A DNA stretch of 64,000 nt from Mytilus edulis (taxonomy: Eukaryota): the NCBI RefSeq assembly GCF_963676685.1, contig NC_092346.1:64170001-64234000 (forward strand). Reading direction: 5' to 3'. Shown one piece after another: positions 1-14,857 of the stretch; positions within the stretch are counted from its first letter, which is position 1, and each line of letters starts with the position of its first letter. The position numbers and the translations under genes are program-made. The notes under the pieces were generated by a model. That model saw only the letters and a program-made list of their open reading frames with translations. It made no database searches and had not been told where the DNA came from.

Positions 1-2710
1 ATCCTATTTAATACCAATATTTAAATTCATGTGTTTCTGTGTTACAACTTAAATCTTACAATTTAAAATGACAAGTGAAACATGTTAACAATCTCAAACT
101 CGGTTAAAATAATGAAAACGTTTTAAATTCCACCAGGTGAAATGTTTTTCTAACTTTATGAACTATCTCTTGTTTGTCAATTGTCAGTTGGACCTACAAA
201 AATAGTCCATTTACTAATGTAAACAAGATATGTCACTTTCTCCAATTTTGTCTTATGCCCCTGAAGATCTTTAGAATAGGTATTAACTTTGTGTGGGGGT
301 TTCTGGTGTAAATCAACAGAGCTTTTTACTTATTAAATAAAAAAATTCAAGATTTTTTTGACAGATTTTTATGAATTTCTATAACAAGCCTCTGTATATA
401 TTGAAGTACTATATCAAGGTGTTATTCTTAACCATGTTACCATTGTTGACATAAAGCATATATATCTAAGAAAATATTGTCACTCCAGTTTTAAATGAAT
501 GATATATATAGTGACTCCATTGTTTAAGAAATATCATTTGCAGCACTACACAAGAATATAACAGTTGTGAAATTTCTTTATTCACATATTCTAAGTTACA
601 TATAACTTAAGCCAATTAATACTACACTGTATAACAGTTACCTAAAATTGGTGGGCTTAAAGGGTGCATGACATTTTAGAGCCGATCATATAGCCCATTT
701 CGCTGGGATGGTATAGAGGTGGTATAATCCCTTCCACTGTATTTTCTACTGTCAATTCAGTAAAAACTTTTAAAGATGAATAAAAATCAGCATACTCCTT
801 GAAAAATATTTTATTCAAGTTTACTTTCAATATTATGTTTATACAAAAATAAGAAGTAGACTGATTGCTAAGGAGACAACTCTCCACCAGAGACCAAATG
901 ATCTGTTAATATTTGTTAAAACATGGAAATATAGGTTGTTGATACAAACCAAATGCAAGGAAAACAAAATGCAATATGTAACAGATACCCTTATCAGATC
1001 AAGAAAGTATTGAAAAAGATGGAGATGTTTTGATAATATTAAAGATTTACAGCTGTTCATATATGAACTGATACATGTACTACAGAAACTTAAAATTTTG
1101 AAAAATATGAGAACCAGTCTTATTGAGCAAAGTATGCATTTTAATAAATATGACATTTTAATGTTGTGCTATTTTGACATGGTAATTTATCATTCTTCTA
1201 TCATATGTTGTAAAAAGTAAACTACAGATTAATTTTCTGTTGCTAGAATTGGTTATGTTTTGGCACTAACAAAAATCAAGTGTTTTTCATTGTCCTGCAC
1301 TGGATTCTTACATCAGAGAATAAATGGGAAATGTAAGTTCTTAATTAGTTAGTTTTATTTTCCATGGCAGGGCATAATAGTATGCATGTAGCTTGAAGGA
1401 AAAGAACCAAAGTGAATTTTAATTAAACTGTTTAATGTGGATTCAGTTATTTTCGTTGGTACCAATTTTCGTGGATTGAGGAAAACTTGCATATTCATGG
1501 ATATTTAGTTTTGTGATTTTGGCAAAGTTTGCATACATGCCTTTAGAAAATTTGTAATTTGTTGAACATTCAAATTTGGTTACTCTGTTTCAATGAAATC
1601 CGCAAAAAATTGGTATCCAACAAATAAAAATGAATTCACAATAAATGATTCTATTACCATGTTGAAAGTCCTTCACGTTATGTAAAATAGTTTTATCTTC
1701 ACACCATAAAAGCATACAAAATAATTGAATTTGGAGAATGTTGCACCAAGGAGGTTATATGAGTCTCATATAACCACCTTGGTTAACACATGTTTGTGAA
1801 AATGCACTATTGCTAAAGGACATTTTAAAATTTGCAATCAGACACTTATATTTTAGCTGAAAGGGGATTTATAATGCTCTTGTAACATTATATTTATATA
1901 GACTATTAACTTATGTATATTATCTTTTTGAGAAGTCCCTATTATCTCCAATGACGTAAGCACTTAAAAATATAAAAATAACATTTACATAAAAGATATA
2001 CAAAAGGTATACAATAATGCTGAATCCACAATGTTAATACATTTCTTAATATCAAAATTTAGTTCTATTTTCATGGATATATCTAAATATTTAGACACAC
2101 CTAACCTTCATATGATAATATATATTAGCATGTTGACAGAAATAAATCATATTAAAAAATACATATTTTCAATGATAAGGTTCATTTCAGTTCAACTCTT
2201 TTCAAAAAATGGTAGTTAAAATTTGACATCTCCACAATATCTTTTAATGGAAATTCTATATGTGTTTATACCTATTTTCAAGCTAAGAGTCACCTAAATA
2301 GAATACATATAACATGTCAATTTTGGACTTATGTTCTCGTACTTTGTAACATTATAACTCACTCCTTCAAATTGTTTTCAAAATAAATAAATTAGGGAAA
2401 GTAACATACAAATCATTCCATTCATATCAAACTGCTATAGTGCTTTTTTGTACAATATTAACACAATTTTTGTGTCATTTATTCAACTTATTTTGACATT
2501 ATGTCACAAAAATAGAACTTACCTTAATATATATTTACTCATATTTTTAGAATTATTCAATTATTCATTAAATAATTATTTTTTTTAAATGTGGTATTTT
2601 TATATAAGGTTCCTTCTCAAAAGTTTTACCCGATTAAGGATTATCAAATTCATCAGTGGTTTTGATTAGTGCAAATTGAGGATATTCAACAACAAAATTA
2701 AGGCATAAGC

Positions 2711-2870
2711 CATAGGCAGATCCAGGGGGGCCTGGGGGGCCCCGGGCCCCCACTTTCGTGGGGAAAATTTGGTTGATTATATAGGGAATCATTGAAGCAT
2801 GACTGGAGCGGGCCCCCCCTTAGGTCAGTCAGCGGGCCCCCCCTTAGGAAAAGTTCTGGATCCGCCACTG
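2711..2870. mobile_element. ~160-bp hAT-like MITE (CAGTGGCGGATCC-type TIR), 5-bp TSD TAAGC
   Basis: CATAGGCAGATCC...GGATCCGCCACTG flanked by TAAGC on both sides; same family at 5755, 28077 and ~61810. Confidence 0.85.
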
Positions 2871-3589
2871 TAAGCTTTGCAAAACAAAATGATGACAGAC
2901 TGACAAACTGGACAAACATTTACCTTTGAAACTTTGTTGCATGGGGAATAATAAATTTATTTGCACATCTATTGCATATTACAAACAATGTACTAAAACA
3001 GAAAGCTTTCTTTGCTAAAATACCTTAAAATAATTCAGCTGTTTATTATATGAACAAATATGTTATTTTTATGCATCTTTAGGTATAAAAGTGAAATAAT
3101 GTACAGCTGAGGGCTATATTTTACTGAATATTTCACAAGTTAGTTAGATTAACATACGTTCCTGTGGTATTGATTGCTTGTTATTTGAATACCATAAACA
3201 TAAATCACAATAATTGGGATAATTTGCAAATTTTTATAGATTCTAATTTTGATCCTTGGTTCCTTCATTTTTTTTCATATATGAAGGGTGAATATTGAGT
3301 GCTAATGGTATATGATTACAAAAAATGTCTGCATCAACAGATTTGACAGGCTGTTCTAACTTATAGTATTACATAATTAACACTATTTAGTCATTTTTAA
3401 ATGCCCAGATTGTGACAACCCTACGCTAACAATTTTTTTTATTTTTTGTTCCTTCATTTAAATAGTTGACAGTAATATATTTTTATTAGCAATTTTTATG
3501 CCATGACAATTCAAGCCTCCTAACAAAAAAAACTATACCTTATTACAAAATGTATTACCAATTTCTATTATTTTTTTCTAAAAAAGTAC

Positions 3590-3725
3590 ACATATTTTAT
3601 TAGGGGCCAGCTGAATCCTGCCTCTGGGTTTGGGATTTTCTCACTGTGTTAAAGAAACATTAGTCCCCTTGGGCTGTTTTCTGGACTTTGGTCAGGTTGT
3701 CTCATTGACACGTTCTCGATTTCGT
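3590..3725. repeat. Interspersed repeat (TTAGGGGCCAGCTGAA family); copies at ~26030-26205 and ~37820-37980
   Basis: Recurrent homologous sequence within the window. Confidence 0.7.
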
Positions 3726-3919
3726 TCTACGCGAACGTTATTCTACGCTTACATTGTATGTAACATTTAAAGAGATATAACAATCCATTTCATCTTATGC
3801 GTATCTTTTTCTTACATTTTCAAGTATTTCATCTCAGCTGACTTTCAATACTGTAACAAATGTGACATTACCCTTCCTACAAAACAGGAGTTTTCTAAGT
3901 AGTGTGAGTTTGTATTTAC

Positions 3920-4060
3920 CTTCTTCTGCTAAACTTATATCCGCAGGAATGTCACTGTCGTTGAAACCTGGATTGGTATGTCCTCCATCAGGCGATGCAC
4001 TATCTCTCTCTTCTACTAATCTGTTCTTTTTTATTGGTGTAGACTGAGGACTTAATAGAT
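3920..4060 (-). CDS. Internal coding exon (cytoplasmic tail) of the minus-strand membrane protein gene
   Basis: Acceptor TTATTATAG|AT and donor G|GTAAAT; 141 nt, phase 1-1. Joins the 14858 donor in frame to give (D)LLSPQSTPIKKNRLVEERDSASPDGGHTNPGFNDSDIPADISLAEE. Confidence 0.72.
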
Positions 4061-5754
4061 CTATAATAACATTGTTATACATTTTAAATTAGAATTAATT
4101 TATAAAATAATCCTATGAATTAAGGAACAGTAATAAATGTGTGCAATGAACATTTCTATAGTCAGTATGATATCTTGCTCATTTCTGCTTCAGTAATAAA
4201 ACTAATTGATATATATTATACATTCAGAGTATCTGTTATTTGCATGAAAATATTGTTGATACAAAAAAAAATGCACATTATTGGGAATCCATAGTAGCTG
4301 ACCATTCTTTGGTCTTATTCTTACTTCGATGCAATCACTCATTGCTTGGCAAAGAGACAGCAAAAACCCAAAAATGAAAATGTGGATTACTTTGTGTGTT
4401 CAATTTAAAGCAGTTAAATAAGTCATTGTTTCAAATGCAATCAGAAAATTGATGTTTATCCCAAAAATACCAGATGCAATGATTGAGCAACAGTAATAAT
4501 GTAAAATTTATCTATTATTTTATTAAGCCAAAAAAAAAGATGTGATGACAAGTATAGTTGTTTGTCCTAGAAATAATATAACCATATTAAAATTCAGAAG
4601 AGAAACAACAAGATTAATTTAAGGCCTGCAGGCAGAATCATACTTCCACAATACTAGCTTGTAATTTAATTAAAGTGTTGACAATTTCAGATTTAAAAGC
4701 GGAAGTTTGAGACAATATGTTTTAATTTGAGAAATAAATTGCCTACATAGTGTTAAATGTTTTGTATGCTTAATAGTTGAGCTCTCTATGTAGACTGCTG
4801 CATGATAAAATCATTACAAAAGTGATAGTATAGAATAATTTTACAAGCAAAAAAAAATGCTTCAGCCAAAAAAATAAACACTGTATTCTAGCTTGAACTT
4901 TTGTAAACTAAATTTGTGTTTTAGAAGTACATGTAGAAGAATTTTAGAATACTATCAATTTTTTTCAACTTTAAATGGTATATGCGCAACTTAATTTGGG
5001 AGCAGGGGAGGGCTAGAAGGTATAAAAGGTTTAAAAAAAATAAAAAAAGAGCTGCAAATTATTGCATCCTTATTATTGGTTGCATGTACAAAAAGCTGAT
5101 ACAAGCAACAATCATGTCAATAATGGATATAAGACCAAATAGTTTGGTATATATACACATGCAACATACTCCGATATACTACACGATTCTTTATTTCTAG
5201 AACTGATATCTTTTATCTAACATACTTTAAGGCAGATGTTATAATGGGACAATGTCACAAAGTTCATAAAGAAGATATGTCTATAATGATACATGTATGT
5301 ACCAATGTAGTATACATGTACCATATTTGCATGCATTTATCATTTTCTGTATCTAAAAGTATAATTTTCCTATAATTTTCCTACTTATTGGTTAAGGACC
5401 AATACATAGGTTATCAATTAAACCATTACCCAATCATACTTTTATTTACACCATAATACCATTAGCTGTAACTGAATATCCTTCATTTATTATGCTTGTC
5501 CTAAATTTTTAAGGTAAATTCCTTTACAATCTGAAAGTCCAACTCTTTCCCAACTACAGAAAGAAATCTTTTTGTAAAAGTCATAATGTAATTCAAATAA
5601 TCTACCATCAGCTTGTATCATACACTATTTCACCAGTCCAATGCGAGTTGTATCCCTCTGCCATTATGGAAAATCAAAAAAGAAAAGGCTATGTTGATTA
5701 ATAACAATTATAGGAAGTACAATACTTATTTTCAAGAAAAACATGTGCCTTAAT

Positions 5755-7646
5755 CAGAGGCAGATTTAGAGGGACCGGGGCCCCCCTTTTCTGGGAAAAC
5801 TTTGGTTGATTATATAGGGAATCACTGAAGCATGACCGGAGCGAGCCCTCTCTTCGGCGGTGTGGTCACGTTTCTCCAACATTTGATAATTAGACTAAAA
5901 CAACATTAGGGATTATGGGGTCCTCTTAAGGACTCGATCTTGATATCTACCTGTAATTCACCTGTTCTTGACCAAAATATTGTTTAAAAGGTATATATTT
6001 TTTAAAGATATATATATTCTTTAATAGTCTCCCAAAATTGTAAAAGTCCATATAGTCTAACACAGTGATGTATTTTTTTATTTTATATAAAAAAAGATGT
6101 GCATGGTATGATAGACAATGAGACAACTCTCTACAAGAGACAAAATGAAACAGAAGTTAACAATTATACATAAAAAAAGAAGATATGGTATGATTGCCAA
6201 TGAGACAACTATTCACAAGAGACCAATGACACAGACATTAACAAATATAGATCACCGTACGACCTTTAACAATGAACAAAGTAATACCGCATAGTCAGCT
6301 TTAAAAGGACCCGAGAAAACAAATGTTTAACAATTCAAACGAGAAAACTAACGGCCTAATTTATGTACAATATAATAAACGAAAAAGGAATATATTACAC
6401 AGCAACGACAACCACCGAATTACAGGCTCCAACACTCCCCCTTATCTTGAGACATTGGTGCAACAGAACAATAAAAGAACTGTACAAAAACATACATAAA
6501 CAAGCAACAAATAATCTAAGACTAAATTATCAATCACTACACATCCAGTATCCGTTACCGTACGGCCGGAAGCAATTTTTTGCTTTTTTCATAATTTTTT
6601 TCTCTATTTTTCATAATAATGTACCGGTATTATAGATTACAATGTTGCGATCCTGAATAAAAATTAACATTTTATATTTTGAGAGCTATTAAGAATTTAT
6701 ATATCTTGAGTCATTAATCTTATATAAAAGTACAAAACGCAGCTTATTATCACCGATACAGTTTATTCAAAATTCTTAGTCAACTTGCATTAATTGTCCA
6801 AAGCTCAAGTAACAAATCGAAAATACTAGTAGTGCACAATATTCACCATGCCAGTTCCCACAGTTAAACACTATATAGATCACGACGCGAAGTGATGTAC
6901 CCAATTTGTATCAGCTCCGTTTTCGTGGAAAAAGTGGACAGATATACGACTGACTATTTCATCTGCTAAGACAGCATACCACGAAAACTGGGTTCGGCTC
7001 TACTGATATACAGACAGAACGACTAGGTAGATATATGGTTCTTCGCACTAGAAGACAATCGCTTTTGGTGACTTTTTACATAAATAAAACTTGGCTTTTT
7101 TGCATCGGTTTAGATTTAACATCTACATGTAACACAAATACAAAAATATATCAAGTAATAGAATACATTACTAAAATGAGGTACAGTCAGTGAACATTTC
7201 GATTTTTCATGTTACTTTTAATAAAAAAAAATCTTTTAAAAAAAATAATTTCTAGATTATTTCTTCATAATTTTTTATGAAATTTTCAGTTTGATTAGAA
7301 TTTCCCTTGTTTATTTAAGGATTTTTGTTGTTGAATAACCTTTTTAATTTTGTAAATCAAATACGGCGGATGAAAATAATTACGTAACCGTTTCTGGTTA
7401 TACTCGACCAAAAATATATGGTTTGTTAATGTTTTGATATAAATATTTTTTAACAATATCCCTTTTTACAATATTTTAGTTAAGACCTGATATAGTTGAA
7501 TTACAGGTAATTATCACGATGCCTTATGAGGACCACCTAATCCCTTATGTTGTTTTAGTCTAATTATCAAATGTTGGAGAAACGTGACTAAACCTCTTCG
7601 GCAGTCAGTTGGCCTCCACTTATGAAAATTTCTGGCTCCGCCACTG
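5755..7646. mobile_element. Same MITE family, split by a 1.7-kb nested TIR element; 5-bp TSD TTAAT
   Basis: 5' half 5755-5858 and 3' half 7595-7646 reconstitute the 2711-2870 element. Confidence 0.85.
5859..7594. mobile_element. Non-autonomous long-TIR DNA transposon (Mutator/MULE-like), TSD TCTTCGGC, containing a nested interspersed repeat (~6090-6540)
   Basis: TIR GGTGTGGTCACGTTTCTCCAACATTTGATAATTAGACTAAAACAACAT and its reverse complement; 8(-9)-bp duplication at 5851-5858 and 7595-7602. Superfamily inferred from termini and TSD only. Confidence 0.8.
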
Positions 7647-7785
7647 TTAATTTGTATTCTTCCTTCCTCTCAAATGAATAAATCTGCCATACTGGAAATT
7701 GTCTAACACTTTATGCTCTTTCATCATTTCTTTGGAGTTAAGCATACATACATGAACCTGTATATATATTATTCATTTAAAAATT

Positions 7786-7935
7786 GAATGCTTCATTTTG
7801 TAACTTTGTTGGGGTTTAAAGCGTTGACCAAAGTACATTTTGTATGAAGCCTTGAAGCGCTTCATTCTAAAAATGTGCGCATGGTCAACACTCTTACAAC
7901 CCTATGACTTTATGAAGTTACAAGAAGAAGCATTC
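7786..7935. repeat. Imperfect long palindrome within an interspersed repeat
   Basis: GAATGCTTC.TTTTGTAACTT...AAGTTACAAGAAGAAGCATTC arms. Confidence 0.7.
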
Positions 7936-8725
7936 TATACCGGGTAATTACATTTTTAGCTAGGATCATGAAAACACGATTTTTATTAAGTTTTTATTTA
8001 ATTCACCTGTGCACTTTATTGTGGGACCTAATGTCATCATGAATGATAAGTTTTATTGTGTAATGCAATTGATTAAGGAATAACGTGATATGTGCATGAA
8101 TGGAGTGATCCCCTCTTTAGTAGTCAGTGCCCCCTTTTTTATGAAAATTTCTCGATACGCCACTGATATCAGAAAAGCAGTCATAGTTATTTGATATTTT
8201 AGTGTAATATGATACATAACAGACAATGGGTCATTACATATCACTGCACATGGGATAGCTGTTTCATATTCCACTTGTTTCCATTCGTCTCAGAACATTG
8301 CATAAAGCTCTCCTGATATGGTATATGGAAAACAGGGAAAACCATTCATATTTTCCCACTTTTTCATTTTTGCGAACATTTTCACAGCTTTACCAAAAAC
8401 TGCATGTTAAAATCAAATATTTGATTTTTGCATCTGAGTGAGAAATGTTTACAAAATTGGCTTGCAGAAACCATCCGGAAGTCTCAATACTAATATTAAA
8501 ACCAATTCGGATAAATGATCCGATATGCATACAGCCGACTATCACAACACTTTTCCGTAAAAAATTAGCTTATTAATATGTTTACATTGTTTAATATAGG
8601 TAATAGAGACATAATACTCTCTGAGGTTAAATACAATCATTGAAATATATGTCCCTGATGTAACCGAATCAAAATAAAACGTACGGTCTCAGATCACAGG
8701 AATTTGTCTCTAAAGTTTACTTTAC

Positions 8726-8774
8726 CAGTGTACATCTTTTCAGAGACATTAAGAGCCTGCGTATCAGATATCAT
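8726..8774 (-). CDS. Candidate alternative first coding exon of the minus-strand gene (MISDTQALNVSEKMYT)
   Basis: ATG at 8774 with an upstream in-frame TGA. Phase-1 donor G|GTAAAG is compatible with the 4060 acceptor. Lies in a CpG-richer segment with CCGGAAGT and CCAAT motifs. Confidence 0.35.
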
Positions 8775-9472
8775 ATGTTGATCAGAATTAATAGATGAAA
8801 TTGAACAAAGATTCAAAATTGAACTGCTTCAGCAAAGTTGATCTCAGAAGGATTTGCGATTGGCTGTTCTATTTATGGCCCTCTCTGAGCAGAATGCTTC
8901 TAAAGATCTCTACAGTAAGTCAGCAGAAAAATTTAAATCCTTGATCCTCGACTAACAAATATGAGATTTTGGGTTTTGATTGACTAATTATTCAATTAAT
9001 TGGTTATCAACGCTACTTTCCACCCTTTTGGCTATTTCCTGACGGTCACTTCATGTTAGTTCGGCAAGAAAACTTACAATCCTTGTCAATTAAGACTGGA
9101 GTTGAGCGCACGTGTCGAATCGCCGGAACTCGCAACCTCAGTGTTGACAAGCTACTTATACAAAAGTTGGACTACTTTATAAAACCACCCGGCCACCTAT
9201 TCCTGCTTGAAGGGTTTTGAAAGTTCCTACTGCTGGTTCTTCCCTAAAAAGCGCGTTTGAAGTTAAAATTCGATGATTTATAGCGTACGGCTTTTCCGGG
9301 TGTATATTTCAATTACTTATTTCAATCAAGACTGCAACTATGACTATCTGAATTTCAAAACAACATACGTGTCCAAGTCACAGGTATTTGGGGCACCCCT
9401 TTTTTGGACCTCACTAAAAAAAAATGTTTGGTGTTTTTTTTTAATTTATTTACAATTTTCTACAATGTATAA

Positions 9473-9632
9473 ACATATATCAAGTCTCAACAATCCAATA
9501 TTGCTAGTCGATTACAATATTTTTTTTACTATCCATATGAGCACCAAGTGAAAAAGTCACTTGGGGCTCGTATGGATAGTAAAAAATTTATTGAAATCGA
9601 CTAGCAATGGATTGTTGAGACTTGATATATGT
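9473..9632. repeat. ~160-bp palindrome (foldback) with ~78-bp arms
   Basis: ACATATATCAAGTCTCAACAATCC...CCAAGTGA-aaaag-TCACTTGG...GGATTGTTGAGACTTGATATATGT. Confidence 0.9.
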
Positions 9633-12600
9633 CATATAGCTGGAAGCACCCCCCCTTTTTTGTCTTTGGTTGGGAACCCACCCACCCCCCTTTTTAAAAT
9701 GGCTGGATCCGCCCCTGGGGTATAAACCTTCTTTTTAAATGGAGCATTAGGTAAAAGTTTTTAGCTTATTCAGGCTTTTTGTATTCAACATCTGTTATCG
9801 AGCTGTTCTCGTGATATTCCGTCTCGCATCTCCTTTCAGCGGGCATCGCCAGTAGACGGCGTGCCCCTTTAGATCGTATTTGTTGTTAAATCTCGTGCTT
9901 TACACGATGTATTTAAATTTTAAGTATAAAACTGTCAGAAATGTGTTTGTCTTGCTCCGCTGGGCGGTTTATATTATATCATCGTGAATTATGCCCTTTC
10001 AAAAATCATGGATACGCCTCTGATGAACATGAGATGGATAATTTGCATCTTATACATGTGATGATACGCATATGGCTTATCTTAACAGTTTTGCAGTAGT
10101 AACTGACACACAGGATTGCATGTCACAAACATAGTTCTTAACTTTTCAAAATAAGTAAATTCCTCAAGTTATTCAATGTTGGTTACCGATCAAACATTGC
10201 TCTGTAGCTTGAAATCCAAGATGAAGATGTTATTCGAATTATTATGAAGCTAAAAGCTTGTATACATTGGCTTAAGGGTGTACATTATTGAAATACAAAT
10301 CTTATGAAAAGTGGTATGTCATGACATTTGTGGAGACCTCATGCTTGGATCAAAGAGACCGGGGTCTACTCAATCAGATTATGCGTCGGTGATAACACCA
10401 GAGACAGTAAAGCAGCTAAGAGCGTTGTCGTCCCATATTACTTACAATGAACAGGTGTTGGTCCAGGACTGACACTCAAATTCTTGTGTTTTGTGTTATA
10501 CTTATCGAAATCATTAGGTAAATTCCAAGAATGACAATATATAGGGACTAATCTGTTGCAGATTCACATACTTATATAAATTTCAGGGAAACCCACAAAG
10601 CTAAATGTATAGATAAGGAAATTTCAATACACCTAATATACAAAGACATGTTTAATGGTCTTTTAGTAAAGAGAGCAAAGTACACTAAAGTCATTGTCAA
10701 GACTTTCTTCTCTATCCGCATTCCCCGACAAACTGGCCAATTACTTTCTCAATTCTACGAAAACAAATTAATATTTGAACATCTTGCCCCTCATATTGTA
10801 TATGTAGGACTTTAAAGTGCGATGGTACTCTAAAGTGCGATAGTCACGCTAAAGTTCGATGGAAACTTCACGATATTAGGCAATACGCTCAAAAAAGTAA
10901 AAATAATAGGCAACACACAAAAAAAGGTAAAAATTGTCATCGAAGGGCAATAACTCATAAAGACTAACATTTTGAACATTTTAGCCCTTATCACACTTTC
11001 ATCAAAATTTGTGGAAAGTCTTAGGGAACACTTAACTGATATTTTAAAAGAACATACAGATATTTGTAAATCATTCTTGCTAGAAATGGATGTAAAATTG
11101 TTCACACAAAACATTATATTGTCGGCAAGAATATATAAATCGACCCAATGAGAATTATGGCTATTTTTTTTTTGTATTTATTTTCGCATTTAACGTTGTT
11201 TTTTTTAAAGGAAAATTCATCAGTACATCCTACAAATAAAACACATGATCTTTGCAAAAAAAAAGAGAAGATTTCATGTATAAAAAGTCGTGTTTTATAA
11301 TAACGTAAAATAAAATTTTGATACTATTAGAACCTCAATGCTCTTCAACTTAATTTGTTCTTTATTTTTGGCTCTTCACTTTTTGACTGGAGCATCACTG
11401 ATGAGTCTTTTGTTGGGTGTGTAAGGATATTATTTATACTTTGTAATTCGATCTTTTTAAGTATTATGAATAAACAAACTCCGTTCTCTCGTACCTTATT
11501 TTTTCAGGGCATACATAAAAAAGAACAAAGGTGAAGATATTTAAAGGATATATTATGGCTTGATTCAATCGAAAGAAACTGGGAAGGAATGTTCATCGAT
11601 GAATATCAGTCACGAGTATTTTCCCTTATGGTAACACTATAGTATATGCCGAACAATAATGTTAGATCTTCCGCACCCTAGGGGAGTTCTAGCTCTTACT
11701 TGAACAAACAATGCATGTCAAGCCAAAAACAATATTGATACATTATGTGGGAAATGTAATGAAATTACAAGGTTTATCAGTCGAACTTAAGGTCCCTGGT
11801 TATATAATATATAAATCAGTGTTGTATTATTTAAATTAAACAATGAATAGACATGTATGATAGAGAATTCCCATACAAATCAAATTATACTATAATATTG
11901 ACATAGCTTTTTTTATAATGAATGAAATCGCATGATTATTGAATGGAGATTATAAGTGTTGTGGAAGGATAAGCCACTTAAATGTTTAATGAAATGTGCA
12001 GGATATTTACTTATTTAGAATTTAAATGAGTTTAAATTTTAGCTTTCATTATTTGATTTCCACATTAATGAATAGATTGAAAAGACCCTTTTTAAACAAT
12101 ACACAGATCACATCTATTTCTTGCCACTTTGGTCAACTCGGTGCAAGAGATGCTCATATACATCTGATTCATGTTATCTCCTTTTTAAGTTACAATTGTC
12201 TCATTTACAGTCATTCATTTTGAGAAATTCAATATCCATAGTTTTTAAGATTGTATATTTTTTCGTCGACATGGGAAGCAACGGACACAACGAATGGTAA
12301 TTATAGTAGCTACACGATTTGTGGATTAAGGTCATTTTGTTTTGCATTTTTTTGTAAGATGTTTTAAGACGCATTGATATAAATTGTCCGGCCTAATTCG
12401 TGAAACAATATGACAGTCAAACAGGACCCATCCATCAGAAGTCACCAAACAGCATTTGATGTGTTTAACACGACAGTGAAGGCCTCGTTGATGCCATAAT
12501 CCTCCTTATTTATTGCAATATTAGATAATACACAGACATGCATACATGTATACATGTACATATGTACATTTAGTAGCATTGTCGGTACATGATAGGTCAT

Positions 12601-13051
12601 TTCAATTAAAATAAATAATGTACGTTGGAATGGTCTTGAAATATTTACTGGTTGCTGTTATGAAACTGGCAAAACTCATTGTCATCGCATACAACTAGAA
12701 AAGTGACATATATAAAGTGTAATCAAACTTCAAAGGGGACACAAACTGATTGTTTTCCACAATGCATTAATTTAGTACAATCGTTTAAAAAATTGAGAAT
12801 AAGATAAAAATAATTGTCTTCATATTTTTTGAATCGTTTACTTCGATACCGGACCTCGATCTTTTCCTATTGTATATATTTATATATATATATCAAAAGT
12901 TTTTTTGTTTTTTTTTTTATTATTTTGAAATAACAACAAAAAATATTTATTCAAGAATGATAGACTTAAAGCGCGTCGCTTATGAAAAATACCAACCTGT
13001 GTGTAGAATAGAAGTTATGGATATTATCGCTAATCATATATATATTTAATA

Positions 13052-14617
13052 CAAGGCCGTAACTACCCTTGAGGCAAGTGAGGCAATTGCCTCACTAAAA
13101 TTTCGACACTGATTATTTTTTTTAAACATATATATAAATATAATAATCGTTTGCTTTTCTGTTCTATAGCTTGTGACGTCATCACTCCTTTTAAACTATT
13201 CTTCCTGGATATAACTCAGCATCTCAACCACTGATGTTTTTCAAATACATTAACCTAGTAGCGATAATCATCATGGATCTCTAGTTAAAAACAGGCTCTT
13301 TCAGAAAAAGGAAAAGTGACACTGAAGGTAAAGAAGGAATAATTCTAGTAAACTAGTTTTTTTGTGAACAGAGTCTGAGTATTGCATATAACTTCATTAG
13401 AACAATCCAAAAACGATAAGTAGACTGACAAAGCAAGTACTGGTCTTCGGAAGGGGGCAGTCCTGTCTGCGTATTCATTTCTCCGTTTCACCAACTTTTG
13501 ACAAATCAAGTACTGGGCATCACAAGGGGGTAGTCCTGTCTGCGTATTCATTTCATGAACTTTAATCTTTCTCTTTACAGATAAATAAAATATAAATAAT
13601 ATGAAACAAGGATGGATAGTTTTTATCTATGTTTCTTTAACCTTAAAAATTGAAAGAATATCCCATATTCCAGTTTGATATTATTGAGGAATGGTAGAAC
13701 CTTTTACACAGGATTTTGTCTTTACTTATTCGGGACTACGGAATTTCGTTTCGTTACATTCGGGGTTTCGGAATCGAATACCTCAACCCCTAACCTTAAA
13801 TTTATAGATTCTGGAACTAAAATACCACCAACTATTTCCAGAAATAATTTGAAATTACTGACCTACATGTAAACGTCAAAAACTCCATTCCAATTCTCCT
13901 GTACCCATATCATATATACTTACTCTAGATATATCCCTAGTTTGTCTACTCTTTGTCAGCGTAAAAGCGAGTTTAATATTTTGTAACTTCGACTGTATGG
14001 TGGTGCTTACAGGAAAGCTTAATTCCCTTTTGCAAACAAACATGACTGTTACTACCGATGCTGCTCCCAAATTTCTGACGGAGAAGGAATTGGAAGAAGA
14101 CATTGATCATTGTGTTGATGATGGTGATGATAACGTGCTACCTTTAGAAACACAGACTGCCCTGAAACGACTGAAAACTTGGAAAAGAGCATGCACGAGT
14201 GGCGAGAGATTGTGCGGTCTTGCCATGCTCCATTCATCGCGATAAGGATATCAGCAGATCAAATTATGATTCTGAAACGATTTGACTGAACCGGCCATAG
14301 AAAAATTTGGCAAACTCTGACTGAATCGATGTTTGTTCTATGTTCTGGCAGCAGATTCAAATCAGTGATATTTGGATAATTATCTTACACATAAATTAAA
14401 TAAAGTTGTTAAAAATTTTGGTGTAAGTAAAAGTCTTAAAATATGAAAAATTTATATAAAAAGTGTCCAAATTCAAATCATTATCAAACTCTCTAAAAAT
14501 GCCTAGAATGCAGGATTTTGCACCATTCATTTCATACCCTCCAAAAAAAATTTCGCCTCGCTTCGCTCGGCTCGATTGTTTTGCCTCACTAAAATAAGAT
14601 GCCCAGTTACGGCCTTG
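13052..14617 (+). mobile_element. Internally deleted hAT-superfamily DNA transposon with transposase remnants
   Basis: TIR CAAGGCCGTAACT...AGTTACGGCCTTG, subterminal GCCTCACTAAAAT repeats, flanking TAATA duplication. ORF 13997-14245 ends ALKRLKTWKRACTSGERLCGLAMLH (hAT C-terminal dimerisation motif). Probable first exon MDL*LKTGSFRKRKSDTE|GT at 13273. Confidence 0.85.
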
Positions 14618-14857
14618 TAATAACGGAAAATTGAGATCATTTTGCAGACTTGTTCATCAGGTGTCAAGTATTTATCAGTGTGTTGCAAAAATCTATGTAT
14701 TTTTTTACTGTTTAAAATATACCATACATGGTTTTGAGGGTATGCTCAGATTATATATTTTTTTTCAAACTGGAGTGTTTAGGTGGGTTTTTCATAAGTA
14801 TCTTTTAACATCTCGTGACACCACAGTTAATTGCATTTACTGATTAATAATTCTTAC

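Noticed and set aside
657-798. Possible terminal exon of the minus-strand gene (EYADFYSSLK...MSCTL*)
   Set aside because: The acceptor is phase 0, while the 3920 donor is phase 1; no bridging exon was found and the peptide is unrecognisable. Not excluded, but unsupported.
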